A stretch of 64,000 bases of DNA from Minisyncoccota bacterium. Its GTDB lineage: Bacteria > Patescibacteriota > Minisyncoccia > Phycocordibacterales > Phycocordibacteraceae. The stretch covers positions 22,544-86,543 of the forward strand of contig DATAJW010000013.1 in assembly GCA_036261925.1 (NCBI GenBank), in the 5' to 3' direction. Under the pieces are notes generated by a model. That model was given only the letters and a program-made list of their open reading frames with translations, was not told where the DNA came from and did no database searches. How positions within the stretch are numbered: the first letter of the stretch is position 1; every line of letters starts with the position of its first letter. This document shows positions 29,532 to 39,321 of this stretch, in pieces. The translations under genes were made by a program, and so were the position numbers.

Positions 29532-30020
29532 CTAGCTCGCTTTGATCTTCAGCTTCGTCTGTCGCGTCTTATCGAGCTTCGGCAGGACGATGTTGAGCAG
29601 GCCGTCCTTGGCGGCAGCGGATGCGAGGTCGACGTCCACCTCCTGCGGCAGGAGGATGGTGCGCGAGAAGGTTCCCCAGAAGAGCTCGCGGGTGAAGTAA
29701 TCGGAGTCGGCGAGCTGCTCGCGCTCGTCGCGCGAGCCGTCGATGACGACCATGTCGCGGCTGATGGAGACATTGAGGTCGTCGGGGCGGACGCCGGCAA
29801 CGAAGGTGCGGATGACGATCTCGGTCGCGGTCTGGTAGACGTCGACGGGGAGCTGGCCCTCGCTCGGCTCGTCCTCGTGCAGCGTCGCGAGCGGAACGTT
29901 CTGCGCCAATGAATCCCGGGCACGCACGGGCTCGCGGCGGGGAAGCTCGTCCTCGTAGTCGTAGTCGTCGGCAAGCGGCACGGAACCCGCGAGGCGATCG
30001 AGGAGGGAGCGTTTTTTCAT
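29532..30020 (-). CDS. Hsp20/alpha-crystallin family protein
   Basis: VDVYQT, GVRPDDL, E.FWGTFSRTILLP.EVD, KDGLL.I.LPK. Confidence 0.9.
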   Translation of the reverse strand: MKKRSLLDRLAGSVPLADDYDYEDELPRREPVRARDSLAQNVPLATLHEDEPSEGQLPVDVYQTATEIVIRTFVAGVRPDDLNVSISRDMVVIDGSRDEREQLADSDYFTRELFWGTFSRTILLPQEVDVDLASAAAKDGLLNIVLPKLDKTRQTKLKIKAS

Positions 30021-30021
30021 A

Positions 30022-30780
30022 TCAGCAGGTGTTTTTCGGTAATCGCTTGTAACGGGCGTAGCGCAGCAGTTCGAACAGGGCGAAGAATACGACGATGCCC
30101 GACCAAACCAGGAAGAACGCCAGAAGCGTGTGCGAGGCGGTCTCCTTGATTATAAGGAAGTTGAAAATCGCATGCAACGCGATAGCAAGGACAAGTCCCG
30201 CGCTCGCGGCCGCGGCGCGCACGATGAGGGGCTTCCGGAACGCGAACGCGAGCGAGAATCCTATCGCGGAGGAGGCGATGACATGCAGCAGGGTCGCGCC
30301 GATGAAGCGGAGATTGTTCGAGAGGAGGCTGCCGACGATATCGCCCTCGGTGAGCGGCACGATGAGGAAGAGGGTATTCTCGAGCGCCGCGAATCCGAGC
30401 GCGACCGATAGCATATAGATGACGAGGTCGACCGGCTCGTCGACCTGCTGGCGCCAGAGTATGAAGAGGGCGGCGAGGGCGTATTTCACCGTCTCCTCGA
30501 TGACGGCCCAGGCGAGCACGATGGGCAGCTGGAAGGTCGGGTCGAGCGCGAAACGGTCGAAGAGCGAGATGCCGGGAAAGAGGCTCGGCAGGAACGCGCG
30601 GGCCATATGCTCGAGCGGGAGCACGAGGGGCACGGCGAGCATGCCGGTCATGAGCGCGAGGATGATGAGCGGCCGCGGCTCGGGGCAGCGGGAATCCTCC
30701 TTCAGGAGGAAATAGAGCCAGACGAGCGCGGGGAGCACGCCGCCGAGGAATGCGTAGATCGCTATTTCAGCGGTAGGCAT
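30022..30780 (-). CDS. PrsW family intramembrane metalloprotease
   Basis: PEP, IEETVK, ALGFAALEN, LLH, LHAIFN. Confidence 0.9.
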   Translation of the reverse strand: MPTAEIAIYAFLGGVLPALVWLYFLLKEDSRCPEPRPLIILALMTGMLAVPLVLPLEHMARAFLPSLFPGISLFDRFALDPTFQLPIVLAWAVIEETVKYALAALFILWRQQVDEPVDLVIYMLSVALGFAALENTLFLIVPLTEGDIVGSLLSNNLRFIGATLLHVIASSAIGFSLAFAFRKPLIVRAAAASAGLVLAIALHAIFNFLIIKETASHTLLAFFLVWSGIVVFFALFELLRYARYKRLPKNTC

Positions 30781-30801
30781 GGTGCCCCCATTATAGCCCC
30801 T

Positions 30802-32976
30802 CTACGCAGCGGGGGATGCGGGAACGGGCCATGGGGCGACCATGAGGAATCCCTCGGTATCCTCGAGATTCTGCCAGATTTCTTCGGTTACGAACGGCAT
30901 GAACGGATGGAGGAGGATCAGGACGGAGCGGAGCAGCGATACGAGAAGCACTCGGCGCGACGCTTTCGCGGTCTCGTCCTCGCCCGCGAAGATCACTTTC
31001 GACTCCTCGAGCAGCACGTCCGCGAGACGATGCCATATGTAGTGGTATATCTTCTCCGAGGCCAGGTAGAGGCGGTACGCGTCGAGGTCAGCCGTGATAT
31101 CCGCGGCGAGCGCATCGAGCTCATCGCGCAGCGCTCGGTCGGTATCGGTGAGCGGGGCATTCGGGTCCGACTCGTCGGTATTCTCCAGGATGAAGCGGGT
31201 GATGTTCCACAGCTTGTTGCCGAAGTGCTTGTAGCCCTTGATCTTGTCTTCGGACATCCTCGAATCGGTGCCGGGCGTGTTCCCGACCAGGAGCGCCATG
31301 CGTGCCGCGTCGGCGCCGAACTTGCCGACGACCTCGATCGGGTCGATGCCGTTCCCGAGCGACTTGGAGAATTTCCGGCCCTGCGCGTCGCGAATGATGC
31401 CGTGCAGGTAGACGGTCCTGAATGGCACCTGGCCGAGCGCGAAGCCCGACATGAGTATCATGCGCGCGACCCAGAAGAAGAGGATCTCGTACGCGGTCTC
31501 GAGGACGTCGGTCGGATGGAACTTCGCGAGGTCCTTGGTCGCTTCGGGCCAGCCGAGCGTGGAGAAGGTCCAGGAACCGGATGAGAACCACGTATCGAGG
31601 GTGTCCTCATCCTGCGTCCAGCCTTCGCCTGGCGGCAAGAAGCCGACGGCGATCTCCTCGCCGCGGTACCACACGGGTACCCGGTGGCCGTACCAGATCT
31701 GGCGGGAGATGCACCACGGGCGCAGGTTATCGATCCAATGGAAATAGGTCTTGTTGAAATGCTCGGGAACGATGGAGATGGCGCTCGATTCGACCGCGGT
31801 GCGGAGCAGCTTCTTGAGCGTGATCGGCACGCCCGCTGCTATGCCCGGGATTTCCGAATGGTCGAGCGCGAATTCCTTTTCGGTATCGACGAACCACTGG
31901 AGCTTTATCTGCGGCTCGATGACGCCTCCGGTGCGCTCGGCGGTCGATACGTTATGGGTGTAGTCCTCGATGCGATCGACGAGGCCCTTCTCGGACAGCT
32001 TCTCGATTATCTTGTCGCGCGCTTCGCCTATCTTCATGCCGGCGAATTCGCCCGCTATAGGCAGGAGCTTGCCGTACCAGTCGATGACCTGCTCCTTGTC
32101 GAGGCCGTGCTTCTCGGCGAGCTCGAAGTCCACGGCAGAATGCCAGGGCGTGATCGTCATGACGCCCGTGCCGAATCCTGGATCGACCGCCTCGTCCTTG
32201 ATGATGGTCGCCTCGATGGGGCCGTTGATCCATTCGACGGTGAGCTTCTGTCCATGCGCGTATTCAGCGTAGCGCGCGTCATCGGGGTGCATCACGACGT
32301 ACTTGTCGCCGAACTTGGTCTCGGGGCGCGCGGTGCCGATGACGAACGGCCCGTACTTGAGGTAATAGAACTTATCCTTGCGCTCCTCATAGACGATCTC
32401 ATCGTCGGAGATGGTGGTCTGGCCCTTCGGGTCCCAGTTCACGATGCGGTGGCCGCGGTAGATGAGCCCTGCGTCGTACATGCGCTTGAACATGGTGTTC
32501 ACGGCGAAATTGCGCTTCTCGTCGAAAGTGAACGCTTCGCGCGACCAGTCGCAGGAGGAACCCATCACGCGTATCTGGCTGCGGATGGTGGAGCGGCTGC
32601 CCTCCACGAACTCATCGATGCGGCGTACCAGCTCCTCGCGCCCCAAGTCGTGCCGGCTCTTCTTCTCGCTCTTCGCTATGTCCTTCTCGACGCGCGCCTG
32701 GGTCGCGATAGCGGCATGGTCGGTCCCAGGTAGCCAGAGCGCGGCGAATCCCTGCATGCGCTTGAAGCGGATGAGCACGTCCTCGACCGTCAGGCCGAGC
32801 GCATGGCCCATATGGAGGACGCCCGTCGCGTTGGGCGGCGGCATCATGATGGTGTAGGGGGTCGGACGGTCGCCCGGGAGATTGTCCGGGTTGAATAGTC
32901 CGCTTTCTTCCCAGGCCTCGTAGATGCGGCCCTCGGTCTCCTGGGAATTGTACGGCTTGAGGAATTTGCTATCCAT
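30802..32976 (-). CDS. valS: Valine--tRNA ligase (lacks C-terminal coiled coil)
   Basis: PPPNATG.LHMGHA, WCISRQIWYGH, DTWFSS, FFWVARM, KFSKS. Confidence 0.96.
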   Translation of the reverse strand: MDSKFLKPYNSQETEGRIYEAWEESGLFNPDNLPGDRPTPYTIMMPPPNATGVLHMGHALGLTVEDVLIRFKRMQGFAALWLPGTDHAAIATQARVEKDIAKSEKKSRHDLGREELVRRIDEFVEGSRSTIRSQIRVMGSSCDWSREAFTFDEKRNFAVNTMFKRMYDAGLIYRGHRIVNWDPKGQTTISDDEIVYEERKDKFYYLKYGPFVIGTARPETKFGDKYVVMHPDDARYAEYAHGQKLTVEWINGPIEATIIKDEAVDPGFGTGVMTITPWHSAVDFELAEKHGLDKEQVIDWYGKLLPIAGEFAGMKIGEARDKIIEKLSEKGLVDRIEDYTHNVSTAERTGGVIEPQIKLQWFVDTEKEFALDHSEIPGIAAGVPITLKKLLRTAVESSAISIVPEHFNKTYFHWIDNLRPWCISRQIWYGHRVPVWYRGEEIAVGFLPPGEGWTQDEDTLDTWFSSGSWTFSTLGWPEATKDLAKFHPTDVLETAYEILFFWVARMILMSGFALGQVPFRTVYLHGIIRDAQGRKFSKSLGNGIDPIEVVGKFGADAARMALLVGNTPGTDSRMSEDKIKGYKHFGNKLWNITRFILENTDESDPNAPLTDTDRALRDELDALAADITADLDAYRLYLASEKIYHYIWHRLADVLLEESKVIFAGEDETAKASRRVLLVSLLRSVLILLHPFMPFVTEEIWQNLEDTEGFLMVAPWPVPASPAA

Positions 32977-33009
32977 TATCTATGGAATATAGCAAATCCA
33001 TGGCTTTTT

Positions 33010-34263
33010 TCACGCTTCGGCTAAGGAGCGGTTGCCGTCGGCGATAAGGGTCTCGAGGGGTATGAAATCGCCCCGTGCCGCGCGGTAGAAGCCGGCGATG
33101 CCGATCATGATGGCATTGTCGCCGGTGAGCTCGACCGACGGGATGCAGAGGCGCACGCCGTCGTGGCGTTCGGCTATGGATTTCACGAACACCTCGCGCA
33201 GGTACTCGTTCGCGGACACGCCGCCGCCGATGGCGAGCGTGCGGCTGCCGGTGCTCTCGAGCGCGGTCGCGGTCTTCTTGAGAAGCACGTCGGCGACCGC
33301 GTCCTCGAACGCGCGCGCGAGCCGCTCCTTCTCGGCTTCCGATACTTCGCCGCGCTCCTTGAGGAGGTAGAGGACGGCGGTCTTGAGTCCGGAGAACGAG
33401 AAGTCGAGGTCATCCGAGTTCAGCATCGGGCGCGGCAAGATGAACTCTTCCCGACCATCTTTCATCGAGGACGGACCTCGATGAGGAAGAACCTGGCTGG
33501 AATCTTCATCAAGGACGGACCTTGATGAAGCCGCGCGTGCGCGGGCGGCGAGCTTGCCTACTTCAGGACCGCCTGGATAGGGAAGGTCGAGCATGCGGGC
33601 GACCTTATCGAACGCCTCGCCAACCGCGTCGTCACGGGTCTGCCCGATCTTCTCGTACGACAGCCAGTCCTTCATGAGCACGAGCTCGGTGTGGCCGCCC
33701 GATATGAGGAGCGCAAGGAGCGGAAGCTCGATGTCCCGTATCGCGTAGGTCCGGTCGCCCTCGCTCGTGACGAGCGAGGAGAGGATGTGGCCTTCCAAGT
33801 GGTTCACGCCAGCAACGGGAATGTCCCAGGCTATGGAAAGCGCCTTCGCGAAGTTGACGCCGACCCAGAGCGCGGGCGCGAGGCCGGGGCCGTGCGTGAC
33901 GGCGATGGCGTCGATGGGCGGCTTCTCCACCGATTCGATGAATGCGAAGAATGCGTCCGCGAGGCCGGGCTCGCGCTCGAGCGTCGTCGCGATGCGCTCG
34001 CGCGCGCCGGCATCGAGCGGCTGCAGGCTCTCGCGCATGAGCTCCGCCTCCTCGAGCGCGCTAGCTAAGAGCGGCACGAGGTTCTTCGCGTGCTCGCGCT
34101 TGGCAACCGCAGGGAAGACGCCGCCGAACTCGCGGTGGATATCTATCTGGGAAAGGAGCGCATTCCCAAGGACGGTGAATGTCGCGCGCTCCTCATTGCC
34201 CTCGCCCGCAAGGAGGGAGACCGCAGTCTCGTCGCACGAGGTCTCAATCGAGAGCAGTTTCAT
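33010..34263 (-). CDS. tsaD: tRNA threonylcarbamoyltransferase TsaD
   Basis: IETSCDET, GPGL, NHLEGH, SGGHT, TRDDAVGEAFDKVAR, FSFSGLKT, DNAIMI; start at 34263. Confidence 0.95.
   Translation of the reverse strand: MKLLSIETSCDETAVSLLAGEGNEERATFTVLGNALLSQIDIHREFGGVFPAVAKREHAKNLVPLLASALEEAELMRESLQPLDAGARERIATTLEREPGLADAFFAFIESVEKPPIDAIAVTHGPGLAPALWVGVNFAKALSIAWDIPVAGVNHLEGHILSSLVTSEGDRTYAIRDIELPLLALLISGGHTELVLMKDWLSYEKIGQTRDDAVGEAFDKVARMLDLPYPGGPEVGKLAARARAASSRSVLDEDSSQVLPHRGPSSMKDGREEFILPRPMLNSDDLDFSFSGLKTAVLYLLKERGEVSEAEKERLARAFEDAVADVLLKKTATALESTGSRTLAIGGGVSANEYLREVFVKSIAERHDGVRLCIPSVELTGDNAIMIGIAGFYRAARGDFIPLETLIADGNRSLAEA
33460..33530. repeat. Pair of palindromes in frame inside tsaD
   Basis: TTCATCGAGG-ACGGA-CCTCGATGAG and CTTCATCAAGG-ACGGA-CCTTGATGAAG. 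Confidence 0.8.
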
Positions 34264-35104
34264 CGTTTTCGACCATCGTCCAGGGAACCGGACCGCCCGC
34301 GGGGATGAGGAAGCCGGATGAGCTCGGATGCCCGTTCCCGCCGTACTTCTGCGCGATGAGGGAGACGTCGACGCTGCCATCGCCGCGTATCGAGACGCCG
34401 TACCCCTTCGGGTGCGCGGCGACCACGAGCGCGAACGGCCCCTTCTTCCTCGCGAGCAGGTTCCCGACGAGCGATTTCATCGGCTTGAAGGGGTGCGCGG
34501 TGGCGAAATAGCATTCGTAACCCTCGAACTCGACGAGCTGGGCCTTGTCGGCGGCCAGCTCGGCGAGGAGCTCGAAGTACTCGGCGTAGGCGCGCGCTTT
34601 CTCGAGGAGCTTCCCGCCGGCGACCGCGTCGTCGAGCGTCAAAGCGAGCGCGTCCCATTCCTCGAACGTGAACGGGCGTACGGAAAGGTAGGAGAGGACG
34701 GGACGCGTATCGGGAAGCGCGAAGCGGAAGAGATCATCGTCTTCGACATGCGCGAGCAGCTTCGGGAGCGGCGTGCCGGGATGGAAGAAGTTCCAGGCGA
34801 TGGAGGCGCCGGAACGGTCGTTATCGAATACGTGGTTCGGCATGGACTCGACGACCGCGCGTACGCCGTTGTGGTGGTCGAGCACGGTCACGCTGTTCGC
34901 TTCAGCGACGATAGCGTCCATCTCCTCCTGGTCATAGGAGAAATCGATGAAATAGAGGTCGTTCCCGGCGATGACATCCGGGTGCGGCTCACCGCGATGG
35001 AGGGGGATGTAGTCGGCGGCATCGCCGAACCTCTTCCAGGCTGCGTAGGCGCCGCCGAAGCCGTCGGGGCAGCCGCCGTGATACAGAACTATAGTTTTAG
35101 GCAT
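34244..35104 (-). CDS. DHH/DHHA1 family phosphoesterase
   Basis: YH..C.DG, ID, LDHH, GGNGH; start MPKTIVLYH at 35104. Confidence 0.88.
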   Translation of the reverse strand: MPKTIVLYHGGCPDGFGGAYAAWKRFGDAADYIPLHRGEPHPDVIAGNDLYFIDFSYDQEEMDAIVAEANSVTVLDHHNGVRAVVESMPNHVFDNDRSGASIAWNFFHPGTPLPKLLAHVEDDDLFRFALPDTRPVLSYLSVRPFTFEEWDALALTLDDAVAGGKLLEKARAYAEYFELLAELAADKAQLVEFEGYECYFATAHPFKPMKSLVGNLLARKKGPFALVVAAHPKGYGVSIRGDGSVDVSLIAQKYGGNGHPSSSGFLIPAGGPVPWTMVENDETALD

Positions 35105-35106
35105 TG

Positions 35107-35179
35107 TGCGCGATACAGGATTCGAACCTGTGACCCTCTCAACGTCAATGAGATGCTCTACCAACTGAGCTAACCGCGC
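35107..35179 (-). tRNA. tRNA-Val(GAC)
   Basis: TCTCA-TT-GAC-GT-TGAGA, GTTCGAATC on the minus strand. Confidence 0.95.
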
Positions 35180-35227
35180 GTATGGGAACACGTGCAGAAT
35201 ACCGTTTTTGCGGCTAGTATTCAAGCC

Positions 35228-35848
35228 ATGGAGCTCATCCGACTGTCGGATATCTCATTGAATGAGGCGGCCGCTAAAGCGGCCGCTGTCCTGCGTGACG
35301 GCGGCATCGTGCTCTTCCCGACCGATACCCTGTACGGCCTCGCGGTGGACATCGCGAACCCGGATGCGGTGGAGCGATTGCGCCAGCTCAAGAGCCGGGA
35401 GCGCCGCAAGCCGTTCTCGGTCATCGTTCCCGACGTCGAGCATATCGAGAAGCATGCCGAGCTGCATTCGGATGCGCGCGCGCTCGCGGAGACGCACTTG
35501 CCGGGCGCGCTCACGCTCGTGCTGCCCGCGAAGCGGCACATCTCGCCCGACGTGACGCTGAACGGGACCATCGGCATCCGCGTGCCGAACGACGCCTTTT
35601 CCCTCGCGCTGGCGCAGGTCTTCGGGAAGCCCTACTCCGCGACGAGCGCGAACGAGACGCGTCTCACGACGCCCGCGACCGCGCACGGGGTCATCGAGCA
35701 CTTCAAGCTGAAGGCGCATCTCATCTCGCTCGTCGTCGATGCGGGAGCGCGCGCCGGCGGCGTGCCGTCGACGGTCGTGACGTTCATCGATGGAAGGCCG
35801 TACGTTACGCGCGAGGGAGCTATTTCGCGCGAGGATCTCGGCCTTTAA
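35228..35848 (+). CDS. tsaC: L-threonylcarbamoyladenylate synthase (Sua5/YrdC)
   Basis: FPTDTLYGL, K.R...KP, PGALT, GIRVP, TSAN, PSTVV. Confidence 0.9.
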   Translation: MELIRLSDISLNEAAAKAAAVLRDGGIVLFPTDTLYGLAVDIANPDAVERLRQLKSRERRKPFSVIVPDVEHIEKHAELHSDARALAETHLPGALTLVLPAKRHISPDVTLNGTIGIRVPNDAFSLALAQVFGKPYSATSANETRLTTPATAHGVIEHFKLKAHLISLVVDAGARAGGVPSTVVTFIDGRPYVTREGAISREDLGL

Positions 35849-35964
35849 ACTGCAACTATTTGCCTCCAACTACAGAGTCCTGGTATATACCGTCCATCAC
35901 TCCTTTTATCCTTGATAGATACAATCTACCCGGGATGCGAACCGCTACGGTGCCCTCTCTATTG

Positions 35965-36036
35965 TGACCCCACGGGGAATCGAACCCCGATTTCCTGCGT
36001 GAAAGGCGGGCGTCCTAACCGTTAGACGATGGGGCC
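35965..36036 (-). tRNA. tRNA-Glu(TTC)
   Basis: GGCCCCA acceptor, CT-TTC-AC loop, GTTCGATTC. Confidence 0.93.
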
Positions 36037-36098
36037 TTCATTCACTCGAATATCCTACATTTTTAAGGCTGAAAATGCTAGGATACGTTGGTTCTCTT

Positions 36099-36188
36099 GG
36101 AGAGGTGGCTGAGTGGTCGAAGGCACCGCACTCGAAATGCGGCGTACGGGAAACTGTACCGAGAGTTCGAATCTCTCCCTCTCCGCCA
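36099..36188 (+). tRNA. tRNA-Ser(CGA)
   Basis: CCGCA-CT-CGA-AA-TGCGG, long variable arm, encoded CCA. Confidence 0.95.
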
Positions 36189-36244
36189 AAAGCAGAATAC
36201 CGGACGCATGCGCGTCCGGTATTCTGCTTCAGATGGCGTGGAAC

Positions 36245-36643
36245 CTATGCGCGAGCGGCGAGCAGGCCGCGGTACGTATCGCGATACCTCCAGATAAGAT
36301 AGAGGTTGATGAGCAGCATGATATCGGCGAGGACGGCGCCGCCGGTGAACAGGCCGCCATCGAGCACGAGGTGGAAGCCGACGACGTTCAGGGTGATGGG
36401 CAGCACGATGAGCGCGGCGAGCCCCTCGCGCCTGGTCCACAGCGCGATGACCGCGATGACGTGCGCGACGGCCATCATGACATTGATATACCGCGCATCC
36501 ATCAGCATCTGGATGAACGCGAATGCGGCATCGGTGTTATAGAGGTCGCGCGTCGCCTCGCCCAGTACGCCGAACAGGCCGAGGACCGGCATCGCGAGAA
36601 TCAGAGTGAAGACGGCCTTCAGGACGATGTCTACTATCTTCAT
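36245..36643 (-). CDS. DoxX-like membrane protein
   Basis: 4 TM helices; LPITLNVV.FH motif. Confidence 0.65.
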   Translation of the reverse strand: MKIVDIVLKAVFTLILAMPVLGLFGVLGEATRDLYNTDAAFAFIQMLMDARYINVMMAVAHVIAVIALWTRREGLAALIVLPITLNVVGFHLVLDGGLFTGGAVLADIMLLINLYLIWRYRDTYRGLLAARA

Positions 36644-36746
36644 ACGAAGGGTGTTATCGGGTAAGCCTCACTAAATGTAATACGGCCCCGGCTCGGAATG
36701 GCGCTCGTCCACAAAAGAAAGAGCGGTGCCAGCCGTCTCCATCCCT

Positions 36747-37430
36747 ATGGGCCCATTCCGCTTCGACGTGACACCAAAGGAAGCGGTCGCCCTCCAGAAG
36801 GAGCTGCGCGAACGCGTCAGGCTCGGGCCGCTCGAACGTCAGCCGGAGCGTATCGGCGGCTGCGACGTCTCGATGAACCGGTTCGCGAAGGAGGGATTCG
36901 CGGGATTCGTGACGCTTGCGTATCCGGAGCTCTCCGTCATCGACCATGCCGCGGTCGAGTCATCGATACCGTTCCCGTACGTGCCCGGCCTGCTGTCGTT
37001 CCGCGAGATACCGATGCTCATGCGCGCATGGGAGAAGCTCGGGACGAAGCCTGATGCGCTCATGGTCGATGGCATCGGCATCGCGCATCCGCGCCGGCTC
37101 GGCATCGCGTCGCATCTCGGGCTCATGCTCGGCATCCCGACCATCGGCATCGCCAAGAGCGTGCTCACCGGCTCCTATGAGGAGCCGGGAATCGAGGCCG
37201 GCTCGACGTCGCCGCTCATCGACCGCAAGACGAACGAGACCATCGGTATGGCTGTCCGTACCAAGCGGGGAGTGAAGCCCATCTTCGTCTCTCCTGGCCA
37301 CCTCATCACGCTCGACGAGTCCGTAGAGCTCGCGCTTTCTTGCGTACGTAAGCATCGCCTTCCGGAACCGACGCGTCAGGCGCACCTCACCGTCAACGAC
37401 TACCGGATCGAGAAAATGCGGATTTCGTAA
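36747..37430 (+). CDS. nfi: Endonuclease V
   Basis: GGCDVS, FPYVPGLLSFRE, DG.GIAHPRR.GIASHLG, PIFVSPGH, RLPEPTR. Confidence 0.95.
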   Translation: MGPFRFDVTPKEAVALQKELRERVRLGPLERQPERIGGCDVSMNRFAKEGFAGFVTLAYPELSVIDHAAVESSIPFPYVPGLLSFREIPMLMRAWEKLGTKPDALMVDGIGIAHPRRLGIASHLGLMLGIPTIGIAKSVLTGSYEEPGIEAGSTSPLIDRKTNETIGMAVRTKRGVKPIFVSPGHLITLDESVELALSCVRKHRLPEPTRQAHLTVNDYRIEKMRIS

Positions 37431-37488
37431 ACCCGCTATACCGAGGGCCAGCTCACGGAACCGGCCATCGGGTATACTGCTCGTATCT

Positions 37489-38682
37489 ATGCAGCCCAAG
37501 GAGTGCGCGGAATGCGGTTCGGGAGCCATATACCATCGGCTCACCTATATCAGTATCGTCATCGACGAGTTAATGGCGGGCCTCCTGCCGACGCCCTCGG
37601 GCTCGAACTGGTTCAGCAGGGCCGTGCAGGCCGTCGAGCGGCGAGCGACACCGTACCTGCTCGAAGCCTTCATGGCCATCGGCCTTGCGACGCGGGTCAC
37701 GGAACCGGATGACCGGACGCAGCTGCTTGCGCTCATGCTCTGGAACGAGGCCAGGGAGCGGGATATACGGGTCGAGGAGGTACGGCTCTTCGGCCTGCCG
37801 CGCAACATCTTCCTCGCCACGTATCCGGATGGCCGGAAGGTAGCGTACGAGGGCATTCCGCTGCCGCCCGAGGATATCGAGCGGGTCGCGTGGATGGACG
37901 ACAAGGCCGAGCTCAAGAAGCGGTTCCGCAAGCTCGGGCTCCCGGTAGCGCACGGAGGCGACGCACGCACGCTCCGCACGGCACGCGCCCTCTTCGCGGC
38001 CATGACGCCGCCGGCTATCGCGAAGCCTTACTCGGGTTCGGCGTCGCGTCATACGACGCTCCATATCACTGACGAGCACGAGCTCGCGCGCGCATTCCGG
38101 GTCGCGGTCGAGGTGGCGCCGCGAGCGGTCATCGAGGAGGAGCTGGTCGGATCCGTCTATCGCGCGACGGTCGTCGACGGGAAGTTCGCCGCCGCTATCA
38201 GGCGCGACCAACCGTACGTCGTCGGCGACGGTACGCGCACCGTCCGGGAGCTTGTCGCGGAGGCGAATACGCATCCGGCGCGCAGCGGCCCCTATTTCCA
38301 TGCAATCAAGCTTGATGAGGCGGCCGAAGGCGAACTCGCCTGGCAAGGACTCGATCTCGACGCGATTCCCGAAGCCGGGAGGAACGTCACGCTCCACCAG
38401 AAGATAAACTGGTCGGTCGGCGGCACGACCGCGGACGTCACGGACGACGTGCACCCCGATAACATCGCGCTTTTCGAGGAGACGGCGCGCGTGCTGAAGG
38501 CACCTATCGTGGGCATCGATTTCATCATCGCGGATATCGGCCGCTCGTGGAAGGAGCTCGAGCGCTGCGGCATCCTCGAGACGAACAGCATGCCCTTCTT
38601 CGATAACCACCATCTCCCGTTCGAAGGAAAGCCGCGCAATGTCGCGGCCGCCATCTGGGATATGAACATCGCCCGTCTTTGA
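37489..38682 (+). CDS. ATP-grasp ligase related to the cyanophycin synthetase / GshAB ATP-grasp domain
   Basis: DDK..K, AKP, VVGDG..TV.ELV, N.S.GG...DVTD.VHP, GIDFI, ETNSMP; no Mur ligase domain. Confidence 0.75.
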   Translation: MQPKECAECGSGAIYHRLTYISIVIDELMAGLLPTPSGSNWFSRAVQAVERRATPYLLEAFMAIGLATRVTEPDDRTQLLALMLWNEARERDIRVEEVRLFGLPRNIFLATYPDGRKVAYEGIPLPPEDIERVAWMDDKAELKKRFRKLGLPVAHGGDARTLRTARALFAAMTPPAIAKPYSGSASRHTTLHITDEHELARAFRVAVEVAPRAVIEEELVGSVYRATVVDGKFAAAIRRDQPYVVGDGTRTVRELVAEANTHPARSGPYFHAIKLDEAAEGELAWQGLDLDAIPEAGRNVTLHQKINWSVGGTTADVTDDVHPDNIALFEETARVLKAPIVGIDFIIADIGRSWKELERCGILETNSMPFFDNHHLPFEGKPRNVAAAIWDMNIARL

Positions 38683-38744
38683 CAGGGGCATGGTGTGCGG
38701 GGTAGTTTCGAGGAAGGAACCGAACCTTACTAGAGGGGAACATC

Positions 38745-39266
38745 ATGGAACATCCGGGAATCGATCCGGAGGGGAAAAGCGAGGGCGAGCTCTTGGCCCG
38801 CGTGCGCGATGCGGTCGATCCGCGCCGGCACGATGGGGCAGGGTCGGCCATCGGCAAGCTGGAACCAGCAGTGCGGCTCGACATGCTCGAGCTCCTCGCG
38901 CGCGACGGGCACTGCATGCGCACGTGCGCGGTCGCTGTCTTCCGCACTTCCTGGCTCACGCGCGACACGAAGAGCTGGGAGGCGTGGGAACGCTTCGCAG
39001 CCGAGGCGCGGCGCAAGGTCGTCATCGTCATCGTGGACATCGGCGAGGACATGCTCGGCGCTCTGACGCGCGCCCGCAAGCTCGTTGAAAGCGGCGCGAT
39101 ATATGTAAGCGTGCTGACGAGCCAGGTGAACCTGACCCAAGAGATGCTCGGCGTGCTCGTGGACGGCATGGACCTGCGCCTGACCGACCCGCCCATTTTC
39201 AGCACGAAAGGGCATGAGCGCGTAAAGCTCCTCATTCCAGCGCCTCCGAAAGCGGAAGCTGCATAA
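38745..39266 (+). CDS. Orphan hypothetical protein
   Basis: TTGACA promoter, GAGGGG SD, terminator after the stop. Confidence 0.6.
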   Translation: MEHPGIDPEGKSEGELLARVRDAVDPRRHDGAGSAIGKLEPAVRLDMLELLARDGHCMRTCAVAVFRTSWLTRDTKSWEAWERFAAEARRKVVIVIVDIGEDMLGALTRARKLVESGAIYVSVLTSQVNLTQEMLGVLVDGMDLRLTDPPIFSTKGHERVKLLIPAPPKAEAA

Positions 39267-39321
39267 TACCTAGAAGGTCCCCATCCGGGGACCTTCTTTC
39301 CTTTTTACGTACTGGCAGGTG

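Noticed and set aside
34244-35224. ORF-track N-terminal extensions of the DHH protein, alr, trxB, secG, ftsA, tsaD and rpsU
   Set aside because: The extensions run through tRNAs, repeats or neighbouring genes; downstream Met codons match the family N-termini.
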